A stretch of 64,000 nucleotides of DNA from Eledone cirrhosa (GCA_964016885.1 OZ024751.1:27900001-27964000); one strand, 5' to 3'. Positions 25,661-39,906 are shown, counted from the first letter of the stretch. Notes: generated by a model not told the origin, from the sequence alone. Numbers and translations: made by a program.

Positions 25661-27307
25661 TTATTTTGTATCTGAAATGGCTTGAAGGTGGCGAAACAAC
25701 AAAGTCATTAGAATGTTGGATAGAAAATTTTGTGGTATTTGTTCCGTCCTTGACTCTCTCCTCGCTGAGGTTAGCTTTGCTTTTCTTCCTCTCAAGAACG
25801 ATTTACAAAAGTATTAGGTCAGTCCTGGCGTCAATTCTTCCTCTATATCCCTTTCTCTTTCTTCTTGTCTGGAAGAAATTTGGCTGTGTTCAGACATGGA
25901 GAGTTGATGGGCTCCATCGGGTTTTAAAAATGCCCTAGACCAGTTGTATGTTACCCGACAACATCCTTACGACTCCATCAGGATTTACTGGTCCATACAT
26001 GCATTCATTAATGGGGAATATTTTAATTTATGAATGAAACCAGCCAATCAATTGATCAATTTCTGTAGTAATCAATACAAAATCTGGACTAAAATGAAAT
26101 GAAATGAAGTACTCGACAGCAATAGACTTCTCAGACACACAAAGTAGTTTCTATGTAGCAGGTTTATAAGCTCGATATAACAGCCAAGTCTCCTGTTAAT
26201 CACACTTTACTAACATAGAAACGAGAGTACACATTAGATACTGTAGTCCCAGATAGGCTATTCTTGAAATATATCATCACCATCATCTGTTAACGTTTAA
26301 TATATATGAGAGAGAGAGACAGATTTGTGTGGGGGACCTCCGTCGGTTCCGACGATGAATGTTCCAGTTGATTCAATCAACGCAACATCCTTTTCGTGAG
26401 ATTAACATGTCAGTAGCAGAGCCTTTCACAGACACGTGTAGCCTTAATATAGTTTATGCGGAGAATTGGTGTGACAAAGCAGGCCCTTTTGAATTACAGG
26501 TAGAACTCATTTTTCCCAGTTGAGTGAACTAGAACAATGAAATAAAGTGGCTTAATCAAGGACACAACAGGTCGCTCAATCCGGAACCAAACTCAGGACC
26601 TTACAAAAGTGAACCCAGCACCCTAACCACTACAACAGCTACACCCAAGTGTAAATATAGCTAACAAAATGCACTGAATATAAATATATATATTCGACAT
26701 AAACCATGGATTAACATTGTAAAAACATGATTTAATCAGCGAGTGGAAACAAAATCACAGGTAAAAAGAAAGTCGCACATTTCGCCAGGTAAAAACTGGG
26801 CGGTTGAGTGGAAAATGTAACTTTTATGTGAATTTAACTCAAAATACTAAGGGAGATAACTCAACACTAAACTCTTCACTGTTTCTATGAATACAAAGAA
26901 AACAATGAAAGCTGATGTTAGACAATTTCATGGAAAGAGTGATCTATCGTGAACCACACAATAAATAAATTAAGGTTCATTACTTCTGTCTCTTCCAGAT
27001 ATTTTTGTTAAGAAAACTTTAAAAAAAATAACACTTTTGCAAAACAGTTTTATATATTAATCCACATTTTGCTCGGGAATACAACGCACCATCTGGTTCA
27101 GAATTCGAACCCACGATATTATTGAAAGTCCAACACCCTAACCACTAAGCCATGTGTCTAGACAAGAAAATAGTTCAGATCTGAGTCGTCCAAACTACAA
27201 ATAATACGGTAGACCTTCGTATATGTTATGTGGTGAGTTGAAAAACTCCAGTCAACTTGGATTTTACAATGAACCAATAGATTCATTGTAAAATCTGTCA
27301 ATCAAGT

Positions 27308-27557
27308 TCCCGTAACTGGTGCAGCTTATACATTGGGGTACTACTCTAGATGTTCGATTATGTGTCCTTCATAGCAACAGGCCTCAGAAATACTTGGCGG
27401 TGCCCATCTTCCCGTTACTGGTGCAGCCAGTTCATTAGGGTGCCATTCTAGACGTTTGATTGTGTGTCCTTCATGGCATTTCAACAGGCCTTAAAAATAC
27501 TTGGTGTTGCCCCTTTCACCGTAACCGGTGCAGCCAATCATTAGGGCGCCACTCTAA
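27308..27557. repeat. About 2.5 copies of a ~105-bp tandem unit
   Basis: ccgt(a/t)ac(t/c)ggtgcagc...catt(a/g)ggg...ctcta recurs at about 27310, 27411 and 27518. Confidence 0.65.
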
Positions 27558-27794
27558 TTATATCTATCAGTTCTATACTGACGTTTAAATTGGTTTAATA
27601 AAGAAATAATTTAATAGTCTTGCTAGAGTTACCTCCCTTGCTTGTCTTCGCTTACAAAAGTTAGTCTCAGTTGTTGACGTTTTAAAACTAATTGTATTAC
27701 ATACTAGCAGTGTATCCCGGCGTTGCACGGGTAAGAACATTGGTTAATAGCACCTCCAATGAGAAACGTTTATTTGTGAGTGCCTGTTAAAAAC

Positions 27795-28018
27795 TCACGA
27801 ACTGGACATGCTCACCGACATCCAGAGTTGACACTGCACCCAGTGCTCCTGTGGGAGCCCCTGCATAGACACACTGGAAGAAGACCGAAGTTAACATATG
27901 TTGATGCCCTAAGGACAGACACTGGTCTGTTGGAGACACAGAACAAGGCCGCGATAATGAGGGACAGAGACCGCTGGAGAGAACTCGTCCATGTATCTCG
28001 GGAATTTTACCCGCCCTA
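27795..28018 (+). mobile_element. RTE LINE 3' fragment
   Basis: GHAHRHPELTLHPVLLWEP...[17 protein letters not shown]...[11 protein letters not shown], typical of an RTE ORF C-terminus. Confidence 0.8.
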
Positions 28019-28098
28019 GATAGATAGATAGATATATTTTTATGTGTATATTTATATATAAGTATATGTGTATATATATATGTGTGTATATGTGTTTG

Positions 28099-28131
<33 letters not shown>

Positions 28132-28385
28132 CTTGGGCGGGTAAAATTTCCGAGATCCATGGACAAGTTCTCTCCAGCGGTCTCTGTCCCTCACTATCGC
28201 TGCCATGTCCTGCGTCTCCCACAGATCAGTGTCTGTCCTAGGGTATCAATATACGTTAACCTTGGTCTTCTTCTTCCAGTGTGTCCATGCAGGGGCTTCC
28301 ACAGGAGCACTGAGTGCAGTGTCAACTCTGGATATCGGTGAGCATGTCCAGCTAACCTCAGTCTCCTCTGTGTCACTTTTGAGCT
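28132..28385 (-). mobile_element. RTE LINE 3' fragment, inverted partner of 27795-28018
   Basis: QRRLRLAGHAHRYPELTLHSVLLWKP...[10 protein letters not shown]. Confidence 0.8.
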
Positions 28386-29784
28386 GATTTTTGTATATAT
28401 GTGTGTGTATATGTATATATGTGTATATATATGTGTATATATATATATGTATATGTGTGTGTGTGAGTGTGGCGAAGATAATACGTCAGCAATGACGTGT
28501 TGGTCATAATGCCGTTATGCAGACAGCCAGGAGGCATACAGACAGATATTATAAGGGCGCGACAGAGATCGATAACCGGTGCCTAACACCCCTTTAACAA
28601 CAGAAAATTGAAAAATAAAAGCTGTAGTTAGTATCTTTAGACCGCAAGGAATATATAAATGCAAGTTTGAAGTCAATCGGAGTAGAAATGTGGATTTGTA
28701 TAGACTTTGCAAACACGAGGACACAGACACAGACAACTACAGTTTTATATATATAGATGAGTATTCACACCGTATTAAATATTGACATACGAGCCAACTA
28801 TATCAACTCTATGATTGATAGGTATTATATTTAATATACGTCGCCGATTAAGTTAATATAAAGAATGGTGTGTTCATTTGCGCATGCGTGGAGATGGTAT
28901 AAAATAGCTTATAGAATGAGCTATTTTATAGCATCTCTGGATATCAGTTCACCATTCTTTATATTACATTTTATATACTGCAGAGGCAAAAAGTGCAAAG
29001 CTTACATAGTTGAGATTTGAACCCAGAACTTAGAAGATCGTAGCTATATACAGTAGTAGTAGATGATGATATTGATAACGATGGTGGTGATGATGATGAT
29101 GGTGATGGTAGTGATGATGGTGATGATTATGATAATGATGGTGATCGTGGTGATGATGATGATGTGGAGGAGGAAAAGGAGATATAAAGAAATAAATGAG
29201 ATGTTGTAATGAGACAGATTCTAATAGGTCGCTAGACCTGCTATACCAAGCCATTCCAGCTCGCAAGGCTGACACCTGCGGGTAGCCAACTCCAATACTT
29301 CACTGGAACATTTGTTTATCAACCTCGAAAGGATGAGAGGCAAGTATTTGAACTCTGAGTTGGTAGGTATAAGAGTAATTTAAGGGACATAACTCAGATA
29401 TACTAATGGCACATTTGTCTTTTATTTGCTTTTTCTTGTTATTATTGTTTTACATGCAACTCCAGCTGTAAAACAATTTCTAACCTCGCAAGATCAACTG
29501 ATCCAAGGGAAATAACTTAATATTGTTGTGGGTTATTTCCCATGAGACTTGCATAATTCACGGCAGTTGAGTAAATAATGTAAATCAAGAGAGTACTGAA
29601 CATAGTCCGAGAGAAGAGGCCTGTAGATTAGAGGAGGAAACGAGAATGGGGACATACATGTCCTAGTGGTCACTATGATCGTGGATTTTTGAAAGTTATC
29701 TTCAAAAGTGACCTTCGGAAAGAGTCTGCTCCATTGGAAAAATATTCTAGTTTTTGGTATATTTTTATTCAACGGAATGGCGGA

Positions 29785-29920
29785 ATATTGGCAGAAACGG
29801 CAGAGCGTCGGACAAAATGCTTTGTGGTATTTAGTTCGACATTCTACACTCTGAATTAAAATCCAGCCGAGGTTAACTTTGCCTTTCATCCTTTTGGGGT
29901 CGATACAATAAAATACCAGC
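29785..29920 (+). mobile_element. SINE family A, truncated copy
   Basis: gccgaggttaactttgcctttcatccttttggggtcgata. Confidence 0.7.
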
Positions 29921-30494
29921 CCCTCTTTTTCCTCAGAATATTTTTACACAAAAAAACCCACACTGTATCGTCTTGTATTGTCCTTAATGTTTTCTTTACG
30001 TGAACCCGTTGTGGTTGATAAAGAAACTTTGTAGAACATCCTTCAGTGTTTTACATACGTTCCTTTACTTTCTGATTTCCAATCATACTTTACTATTTCA
30101 TTCCTCTGGGGTCGCTAGAATAAATATAGATCAATTATTAAAATCGTTTTCATCGGAACTATATTTACATTCCTTGGCGTTATGCTACTGAGACAACAAG
30201 ACAACCACCTGGACAGGACGCTAGTTAACTTCCAACTACTACCACTGCTACTCCTTTTCAGCTGAGTGTGTTGGATGGAGCAATACACAAAATGAAGTGT
30301 TTTGCTCAAGAACACAACACACAACACACAACCCTGTCCAGGAATCGAACTCATGACATTATAATCGTAAGTCCAATACCCTAACCAGTAGGTCACACTT
30401 CATCACGGTGCAGTGACTATATTTACATCTTATAAAATGTGTGATATTATGTTAGTATTTGAAATCATATGAGCTGCGAGCATACTGGAACACC

Positions 30495-30612
<118 letters not shown>

Positions 30613-30624
30613 TGTATAAATAAT

Positions 30625-31165
30625 ACATGCATATATTTATTTTTTTTATATCCAATTGAGTTCTTCATGCATGGTTAAAATTCTTGACAGAATTAATTGA
30701 CCTGCGTGCATATTATTTTATCCTTTTATGTTTTGCGATGACCTCCCCTTCCCGCTTGGTGACGCTGTGAGATTTCTCATCGTGAGACTGCTGGAATTTC
30801 AAATTTGGCGGTCAGTCTAACACTGACGGGTACCATCGCTGAATGTTAATATCGGTAGGTTTTTTTATATTGATATTGCTGGGCATCCACTGATGATTTA
30901 TAAATGCCCACCTGCATATATTCCTATAGACTATGTGTAGGCTTCTACATAACCTGGACATTATTTTCCCAACTTGTAGAAAACTTATAATGAAACGATC
31001 GTTTGGAAAGAGGGATGTATTTAATTATGTCTCATATAAAATAATACAACTGGCTATCCGCAAAATACGTATAGTTAGCACCCCAAACGTATAATTGGGA
31101 TTATACTAAGGTATATCCTAATGTTTGTTGAGTGAGACGGAAGTCGGCTTAAAGCTTTCTCTGTT
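30625..31165 (-). mobile_element. Dispersed repeat of unknown class (paralogue of 48830-49360)
   Basis: Shared blocks tgaaacgatcgtttgg, tagttagcaccccaaacgt, cctaatgtttgttgagtgag and tccaattgagt in reverse orientation. Confidence 0.7.
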
Positions 31166-31172
31166 AATGTAT

Positions 31173-31251
<79 letters not shown>

Positions 31252-31253
<2 letters not shown>

Positions 31254-31387
31254 TATTTCCTCGAGGACGCATCCTAATTTTGACATCCAAAAATTAAAAA
31301 AAAAATAATAAACAACCTTCGGCAAGCTAGATTTTTTAGACTTATTTTAGGAAAAAAGTAGCCTCTTCGACGCCTGGAAATACGGTA
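31252..31387. mobile_element. Small Tc1/mariner-pogo-type MITE
   Basis: Terminal inverted repeats cgtatttcc ... ggaaatacgg|ta in a TA context. Confidence 0.5.
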
Positions 31388-31589
31388 TATATATATAATT
31401 TAGAGAGGCTATGTCATAGTGCTGCTGACGCAAAATATTGGAATTCGAATTCTCCCCAAAATATACACCGGTTTAGCAGTTCTACATATTAACGAAACAC
31501 GTGTTAGTTACGTAATAAATGTTGTTAATCCTTCAATTGCAAAATTGGTGTACTCATGTGATTTATTAATTTTCATATATATCTTCGTT

Positions 31590-32315
31590 GTCCATCGTAA
31601 ACGATGATGACATCTTCTTTATTGTTGCTCCCGTCTGCCGTGGGCACGAAGGTGGCTGTGGAGGCCGATCCTTGACAGGCAGGTCCGGGGACAGTGGGGG
31701 CAGGGGAAGAGGCCGGAGTCAGACTGGCAACTCCCAGAGGTTACCTCCACCTGTTACCTCCGCCTCTTGCCTATCGCCGCGGGGCTTTGGCAGTGCACGC
31801 TAAAGAAGAAACCTGTGCGGGAAAGGTTTATAGTGGGGGGAGGGCCAGTGCACAGTGACGGTCCCACTCATTCGGCCGCAGAAGCCAGAATCTGGTGGTA
31901 CGGAGGACCGTCACGACCAGGGACTTCCTTGGCTGCAGTGGATGGCCACAACGTCTGTAGTGCCTTGCCGTGCCCTAGCGCTCCACACCACTAGCTGTCG
32001 CCGCCTTTGTGACCGTTGGGACAATGTTGTCTTCCTCCACTCACTCTGCCGGGACCAGTCTTCGCATGCAGGGACAGGTATTCCCTATTTAACTCACCGG
32101 GGTGTTTCAGACCCGTCCGGCTACCCTCAACCTGGTTCGGCCCGCCAGCCAAGGCGGTTTACCGGGGTGTGGCCGCTGTTGCATGCTACAGTTTCTTGGG
32201 GCCACAGGTGAGAGCTGAGTGTCAGGTAGGACCCAATGCAGGACGAGCTGTTCTGAAAAGGGCATGGCTAGCACCCCACCTACAGAGGTACATGCCCCTC
32301 CCTGACACCCCAGGC
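31590..32315 (-). mobile_element. GC-rich RTE-like LINE 5'UTR
   Basis: GC-rich island. The minus-strand motif ctctcacctgtggc...cagcggccacaccccgg...ccaggttgagggta resembles RTE 5'UTRs as recalled; not verified by search. Confidence 0.55.
32124..32311 (-). ncRNA. Candidate HDV-like ribozyme
   Basis: P1 GGGGUGU/ACACCCC; P2 CUCUCACCUG/CAGGUUGAGGG; P3 GGCC/GGCC; CC/GG P1.1; P4 CCGCC/GGCGG; J4/2 GCCGAA. L3 is unusually long. Confidence 0.4.
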
Positions 32316-32605
32316 ATATACACACGCATACACATACATATGTATGTGTATGTGTATGCGTGTGTACATGTGTATGTACATATTTACACATTTTTGGATA
32401 GCCGTTGACTCTTATGAGTTCTTTCGCCCTTTGTCAGGTTTTGTTTTTTGTCCTGCAGGATGTCCAAAATCCCCCTCCTCACCAAGTAAACTTGGTGGGG
32501 TCGCCCGCCAGTTTAGTCGCCGACGACCCGACCATGCGACAGGTTGTACTGGTTTACATGTTACCAGTAGCATTCAAGAGTGACCTGACATATATGTATG
32601 TATGT

Positions 32606-32680
<75 letters not shown>

Positions 32681-32692
32681 TATATATATATT

Positions 32693-32733
<41 letters not shown>

Positions 32734-32896
32734 TATAACTGAATGATAAATACAAAGATCTCAAAATTCAGAGAGGACTCGATAATAGCGTAAATGGTTG
32801 ACTGAATACACACGTCCCTTTTCTTAAATACATTTTACTCCGTTCCTTCCCCTTCCCACTCTCTATCTTTCTATTTCATCTTTTTTTCTCATTCCA

Positions 32897-32932
32897 TCTT
32901 CTGATGAAGAACTAGTATCCGAAACGTAGAGA
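32897..32932 (+). ncRNA. Minimal hammerhead-like motif (Penelope 3'-end type)
   Basis: tctt-CTGATGA-agaactagtatcc-GAAA-cg-TA-gaga, preceded by a pyrimidine tract; stem II is weak. Confidence 0.45.
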
Positions 32933-33219
32933 ACCTGTTCCTACTATATTAAACAGAAAACTAATATATTTCTTCATTGTACTGTGTTGTTTACTTTGTT
33001 GATTCCGTTTACTTTTTGCATACACACAAATGTACGTATGTGTGCATGCATGTATGTAAATATGCATGTATGTATGTATGTATGTATGTATGTATGCATG
33101 TATGTATGTATGTATGCATGTATGTATGTATGCATGTATGTATGTATGTATATAAAATGATATATATATAAAACGGTAGAGCAATATTATTCTATACGCG
33201 CGTGTGTGTTAGTATGTAT

Positions 33220-33330
<111 letters not shown>

Positions 33331-33731
33331 TGTGTGTGTGTGTGTGTGTGTCTGTGTGTGTGTGTGTGTGTGGTGTTGTATATTTTACGCACCTTTGCCA
33401 GCGGCTGTTAGCGGGAGATTTCGTGGAACGCAGGTAAAATAGAAGGAAAAAGAAGAAAAGAAACAACAACAACACAAACATACTGTGCAAAAACAAAGAA
33501 TGAAGCCCAGTAAGTAAAGACAAGTGTATAGCTATAAATAAAAAGTGGCATTGCTTGTGTTGTTAGGCAGAAAGAATACTCGTATCTTGAGATATTTTGG
33601 TAGAATTAGTACCACAGACGAGAGAAGAGAGATTTTCCCAAGACTGTACTGGACTGACTCGTTACATAGCTTTTAGTTATCTATACTGTCAGCTTGGCAA
33701 TCGAGTCAGCTGTGGGTATATATATGTATAT

Positions 33732-33892
<161 letters not shown>

Positions 33893-33896
33893 CATA

Positions 33897-34063
<167 letters not shown>

Positions 34064-34115
34064 ATATATATGTGTATGTGCATATATGTATATAAATATG
34101 TATATTTGCTTATAC

Positions 34116-34182
<67 letters not shown>

Positions 34183-34187
34183 CATAC

Positions 34188-34268
<81 letters not shown>

Positions 34269-34288
34269 TATATATATATATGTATATG

Positions 34289-34330
<42 letters not shown>

Positions 34331-34582
34331 CATGTTGTATAATGTGGCTACCCACATGTGTGTTAGTGTGTAAGTACGTTAAAGACAGAGAGTGGGAGGG
34401 AGTGATAAAGAGAAGGACGGAGAGAAATGATGTTTCACAACCACACACATACACACACCACACACATACACACACACCACACACATACACACACACACCA
34501 CACACATGCACACATACATATACGTACACATTTCATTTACTTCATGCAAATATATTGTTTTTATTCTCTGCCTAAGCAAAAA

Positions 34583-34667
<85 letters not shown>

Positions 34668-34729
34668 AAAACCTCAAATCAAATAAGTAAATAAAGAAAG
34701 ATTACCCTGATCTCTGAAAAATATTCTAA

Positions 34730-35105
34730 CATTTGAATTAATTTATTAAAATATTTGAATTAATTTATTAAAATATTTGAATTAATTAATTTATCAAACT
34801 ATTTCAACTAATTAACTTATAAAACTATTTTGACTAACTTAATAATCTATTTCAATTAAGCAACTTATTAAACTATTTCAACTAACTTGATAATCTATTT
34901 GAATTAAGTAACTTAATAAACTATTTGAACTAACTTATTAAACTATTTGAATTTAGTAACTTATTAAACTATTGCAATTAACTAACTTAATAAAATAATT
35001 GAATTAACTAACTTATTAAGCTAATGAAATCAACTCACTTAAACTATTTCAACTAACTAACTCATTAAACTATTTCAACTAACATATTAAACTACCGATT
35101 TAAAT
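34730..35105. repeat. Degenerate ~20-bp AT-rich minisatellite
   Basis: Recurring aacttattaaactatttcaacta. Confidence 0.75.
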
Positions 35106-35582
35106 TATTAAATAATAGGACTAGCGCATTAAACCAGACAACTAACTTGGTTTAACTTACAAAACTATAGGACTAATTTATTAAACTGTACAGTTGACTT
35201 ATTTAAAGTGTGTGTATGTGTTTGTGTGATTGTATCTATGTGTTTGTGTGTGTGTGAGTGTCTGTGTGTGTGCGTTTGTGAATGTGTGTGTGTGTGTGTG
35301 GGGGGGGGGGGGTCAAGTTTTTTATGTACGGAGATTTGCATGTTATGTACATATTCTTTGTTGGTCGTAGAAAGAGAAGTTAGACAAACAAAAAACAGAA
35401 AGTAAAAAAGAAACCTAGATTTGAATAATCCTATAGGTTGTGGTATGGAGGAGAGAATGGAGGCCTGGGAGGACAGAGGTGACATGGACGAGGACGGCAA
35501 AGGGTAGGAACATTGGAACACTGGATTGGAGGGCTTCATCTTCCAGTGGGCAGATAATAGCTTAGAATTATATATATATATA

Positions 35583-35633
<51 letters not shown>

Positions 35634-35649
35634 ATGCATGTATGCATAG

Positions 35650-35680
<31 letters not shown>

Positions 35681-35802
35681 CATACATATATATAGCGAGA
35701 GAGAGAGAGTGATAAATAGATAGATAGTTTAGCGTTCTAATGGATTCATCTATCTATCTATCTAAGTAAAAAATAAACTAGTTTCAAGTGATGAGAGAGA
35801 GT

Positions 35803-35866
<64 letters not shown>

Positions 35867-36330
35867 AGGTGTTGATAATAAAGGGGTGTTCCAAGAGAGA
35901 TCGAAAACTAAGCCTCTCAACGGTATAATCCGTAAATCACAGTGAGATTTACATGTAGCTTTGGTGGATGGGGCACATTTTAAATTGGGTTGGTTGTATT
36001 GCTACACTGAAATGTCAACATATAGAGGAAGTGTTCAACCAATGCATCAGCGCCGTCTGGTGGTTGTTACTAAGGCGATGAACATTTGATAGACAAGTCT
36101 TCACCCATAAGCTTGTACGCCACCTGGCGGTGCTTGCTATTTAATCCGGCTGCCAGCAGCTCAACGACAGCGGACGGACGGTGGTTCGGTCGTAAGTACG
36201 GGAATTTGGCGTCTGTGCTCTGCCAACATATCACAACAAATACAGAAGAACAGAACCAAAATCAAAACACACACAGACACACTCACACACACATTAGTAC
36301 ATTCAGACAGACACACACGCATATATATAT

Positions 36331-36391
<61 letters not shown>

Positions 36392-36439
36392 TTGAGAGAG
36401 AGTGAGAAAGAGAGATAGAGATAGATATACATACATATA

Positions 36440-36485
<46 letters not shown>

Positions 36486-37151
36486 TGCACACACACGTAC
36501 ATATAGACACATTCACACGCACACGAATATTCAAGTAGACACTCATATACAAAGTGAGAGAGAGAGAGAAAGCGAGAGGAACAGACAGACATACAGACAG
36601 ACACACACACACACACACAGACAAGCAGTGCAACAGATACACACACACGTACAAACAGGTATACTCACATATACACATACAGACACACTCATACATACAG
36701 GCATATCACAAATAGAAACACCTCAACCAGGTGTGTGGTCTGTCTATCTATCCCTTTGTCTGTCTGTCTGTCAGTCCCTTTGTCTGTTTGTCTGTCTGTC
36801 TGTCTGTCTGCCTGTCACCATAATTGACTATCTGTCTACCTGCATGCCTGCATAACTACGTGCTATCTATTTGTCTATCTGTTTGCCTGCATGTCTGCAT
36901 AACTGTCTCTCTGTCTGGCTGCCTGTCTGTCTGCATAACCGTTTCTCTGTCTGTCTGTCTGTCTGTCTGTCTGTCACTATGGTATTTGGTCCGACCAGTA
37001 ACTAACGTTGGGGCAGCTGTGTCTCTCTTTTCTGTAATCCTGTTCATAATATATAGCTCTATTCCCTTATTTTCTTAATCCTTCTTCTCTTTCTGGGAAT
37101 AAGGCAATGTTTTTGGACGGAATATTTTACACAAATAATGCTGTGGTGGTT

Positions 37152-37308
<157 letters not shown>

Positions 37309-37346
37309 CGTGCGTGCGTGTGTGCGTGTGTGTGTGCGTGTATGTA

Positions 37347-37385
<39 letters not shown>

Positions 37386-37559
37386 GTAATACATACATGT
37401 ATATATTTGTACTTGTATGTATAAATGTATGCATGCATGTATGTATGTATGTATGTATGTATGTATGTATGTATGTATGTATGTATGTATGTATGTATGT
37501 ATGTATGCATGCACGCATATATTCAGTAACCAGAAGAAGAGAGGTAGGCATAAAAGCCA

Positions 37560-38404
37560 AACTTCAATTGGGTTTTTGTGCCTATGGTCATGAATCTTGG
37601 GTAATGAACAAAAAAATACGATCGCGAAGACAAGCGACCGGAATGGGATTCCTTTAAAGAGTCTTTGGAGTAACGTTACTCGATAAAGTGCGTAGCTCGG
37701 AGATGAGAGAGTCACTCCAGGTAGAGCTGCTTCTTCTCTGAATTGAGAGATCACAGCTCTGATACTATGGAGGCCATGTGGTTAGAATGTCTCAGGAAAG
37801 AATGTGTAGCTCGGAGATGAGAGAGTCACTCCAGGTAGAGCTGCTTCTTCTCTGAATTGAGAGATCACAGCTCTGATACTATGGAGGCCATGTGGTTAGA
37901 ATGTCTCAGGAAAGAATGTGTAGCTCGGAGATGAGAGAGTCACTCCAGGTAGAGCTGCTTCTTCTCTGAATTGAGAGATCACAGCTCTGATACTATGGAG
38001 GCCATGTGGTTAGAATGTCTCAGGAAAGAATGTGTAGCTCGGAGATGAGAGGGTCACTCCAGGTAGAGCTGCTTCTTCTCTGAATTGAGAGATCACAGCT
38101 CTGATACTATGGAGGCCATGTGGTTAGAATGTCTCAGGAAAGAATCGCTGGACAGATTTTACGAACAAAACCAACCAGCAAGAGAATCAGGGGGTAGACC
38201 CCCGAGCAAGACGGTTGGATAACATCCATGAGCTTGGCTGGTCACGCTTGGGGATCCAGCCGGATCAGTTAGAGACGGTTGCTTCTGACAGGACCCGCTG
38301 GAAGAAGTGTTTGAGGACTCTGCCCTCATGTCCCTCTCAGGAATAAGTGGGCGAAGAAGAAGAAGAAGAAGAAGAAGAAGAAGAAGAAGAAGAAGAAGAA
38401 GAAG
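37560..38404 (+). mobile_element. RTE-clade LINE 3' fragment with four tandem 114-bp internal copies and (GAA)n tail
   Basis: Unit starts at 37692, 37806, 37920 and 38034; remnant YGHESWVM; tail (GAA)n. Confidence 0.8.
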
Positions 38405-38819
38405 ATATAGTTGTTATTGTTGATATAACAGTTGTTCATAATGGTTTCTGATTTAGTCACAAGGCCAACATTTTTGAGGGTAAGAAAAGTCGATTAAATC
38501 GATCCCAGTGTATTACTGGTACCTCATTTTATCAGAAGGATGAAAGGCAATCCCCCCTTCCTTCACAATTGCTGGCCTTATAATAATAATAATTGTTTCT
38601 CTTTTTGGCACAAGACCAGCAATTATTTCAGTGCACTACTGGTACTTTATTTTATGGACCACGTATAATAAGGGTTTCATTTATTGGCCACAAGGGCCAA
38701 CATATAGGGGACAGTACAATAGACGGGAACAGTGGGGGTTTTACACAAAAATCGAGGAAAAAATAGGAAAACAATAACAATAAACAAGAAAAATACTACA
38801 ATAATGACAATATTGTAGC

Positions 38820-39400
38820 GTGTTGTGGTGTGGTGTGTTGTGGTGTGTTGTGGTGTAGTGTGGTATGTTGTGGTGTGTTGTGGTGTGTTGTGGTGTGGTG
38901 TGGTATGTTGTGGTGTGTTGTGGTGTGTTGTGGTGTGGTGTGTTGTGGTGTGTTGTGGTGTAGTGTGGTATGTTGTGGTATGTTGTGGTGTGTTGTGGTA
39001 TGTTGTGGTGTGTTGTGGTGTAGTGTGGTGTGTTGTGGTATGTTGTGGTGTGTTGTGGTGTAGTGTGATGTATTGTGGTATGTTGTAGTGTGTTGTGGTG
39101 TGTTGTGGTGTAGTGTGGTGTGTTGTGGTATGTTGTGGTGTGTTGTGGTGTGATGTGTTGTGGTGTAGTGTGATGTATTGTGGTGTGTTGTGGTGTGGTG
39201 TGGTGTGATGTTGTGTGGTGAAAGGCTATGGTGTGATGTATTGTGGTATGTGGTGTGTTGTGAGGTATTGTGGTGTGTTGTGGTGTGTTGTGGTGTAGTG
39301 TGATGTGGTGTAGTGTGATGTATTGTGGTGTGTTGTGGTGTGTTGTGGTGTGGTGTGTTGTGGTGTGGTGTGGTGTGGTGTGTTGTGGTGTGGTGTGGTA
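38820..39400. repeat. (TGTGG/TGTGT)n pentamer satellite
   Basis: Direct inspection. Confidence 0.9.
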
Positions 39401-39757
39401 TCTTATTATATGCTGCCACCATGATTTGATCACAAGAAACATGTCGGTTGGATAATTGAAGGTCGCCAATATGACGCAGTGAGACTCCAACACGCTCCAT
39501 CGACCAGGCGTGTTTAACATGCCATTGAGGGTGGGGGATAGCCTTGGGGTACTGGGATGGGGTGGGGAAACATGTCATGCTTGCTTTATGCTTTGATTCT
39601 TTACATGTTTCTTTATTTAACATGCATATACATACATACATATATATATATGTGTGTGTGTATATATATATATATACACACACATGCATATATATATATA
39701 TACACACACATGCATATATATATATATATATACATATATATGTATATATATATACAT

Positions 39758-39790
<33 letters not shown>

Positions 39791-39820
39791 CATATATATA
39801 CACACATACACGCACACACA

Positions 39821-39906
<86 letters not shown>

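Larger units (their letters stand above)
27704..28758 (+). mobile_element. Putative non-autonomous Helitron/Helentron-type element with nested insertions
   Basis: 5' end actagcag...cccggcgttgcacggg hairpin; 3' part aagtttgaagtcaatcgg...cagacaactacagttttatatatatagat. A related 3' part lies at about 13870-14060. Confidence 0.5.

Noticed and set aside
30890-30900. Isolated CTGATGA
   Set aside because: No stem II or GAAA and no flanking stem I; chance match.
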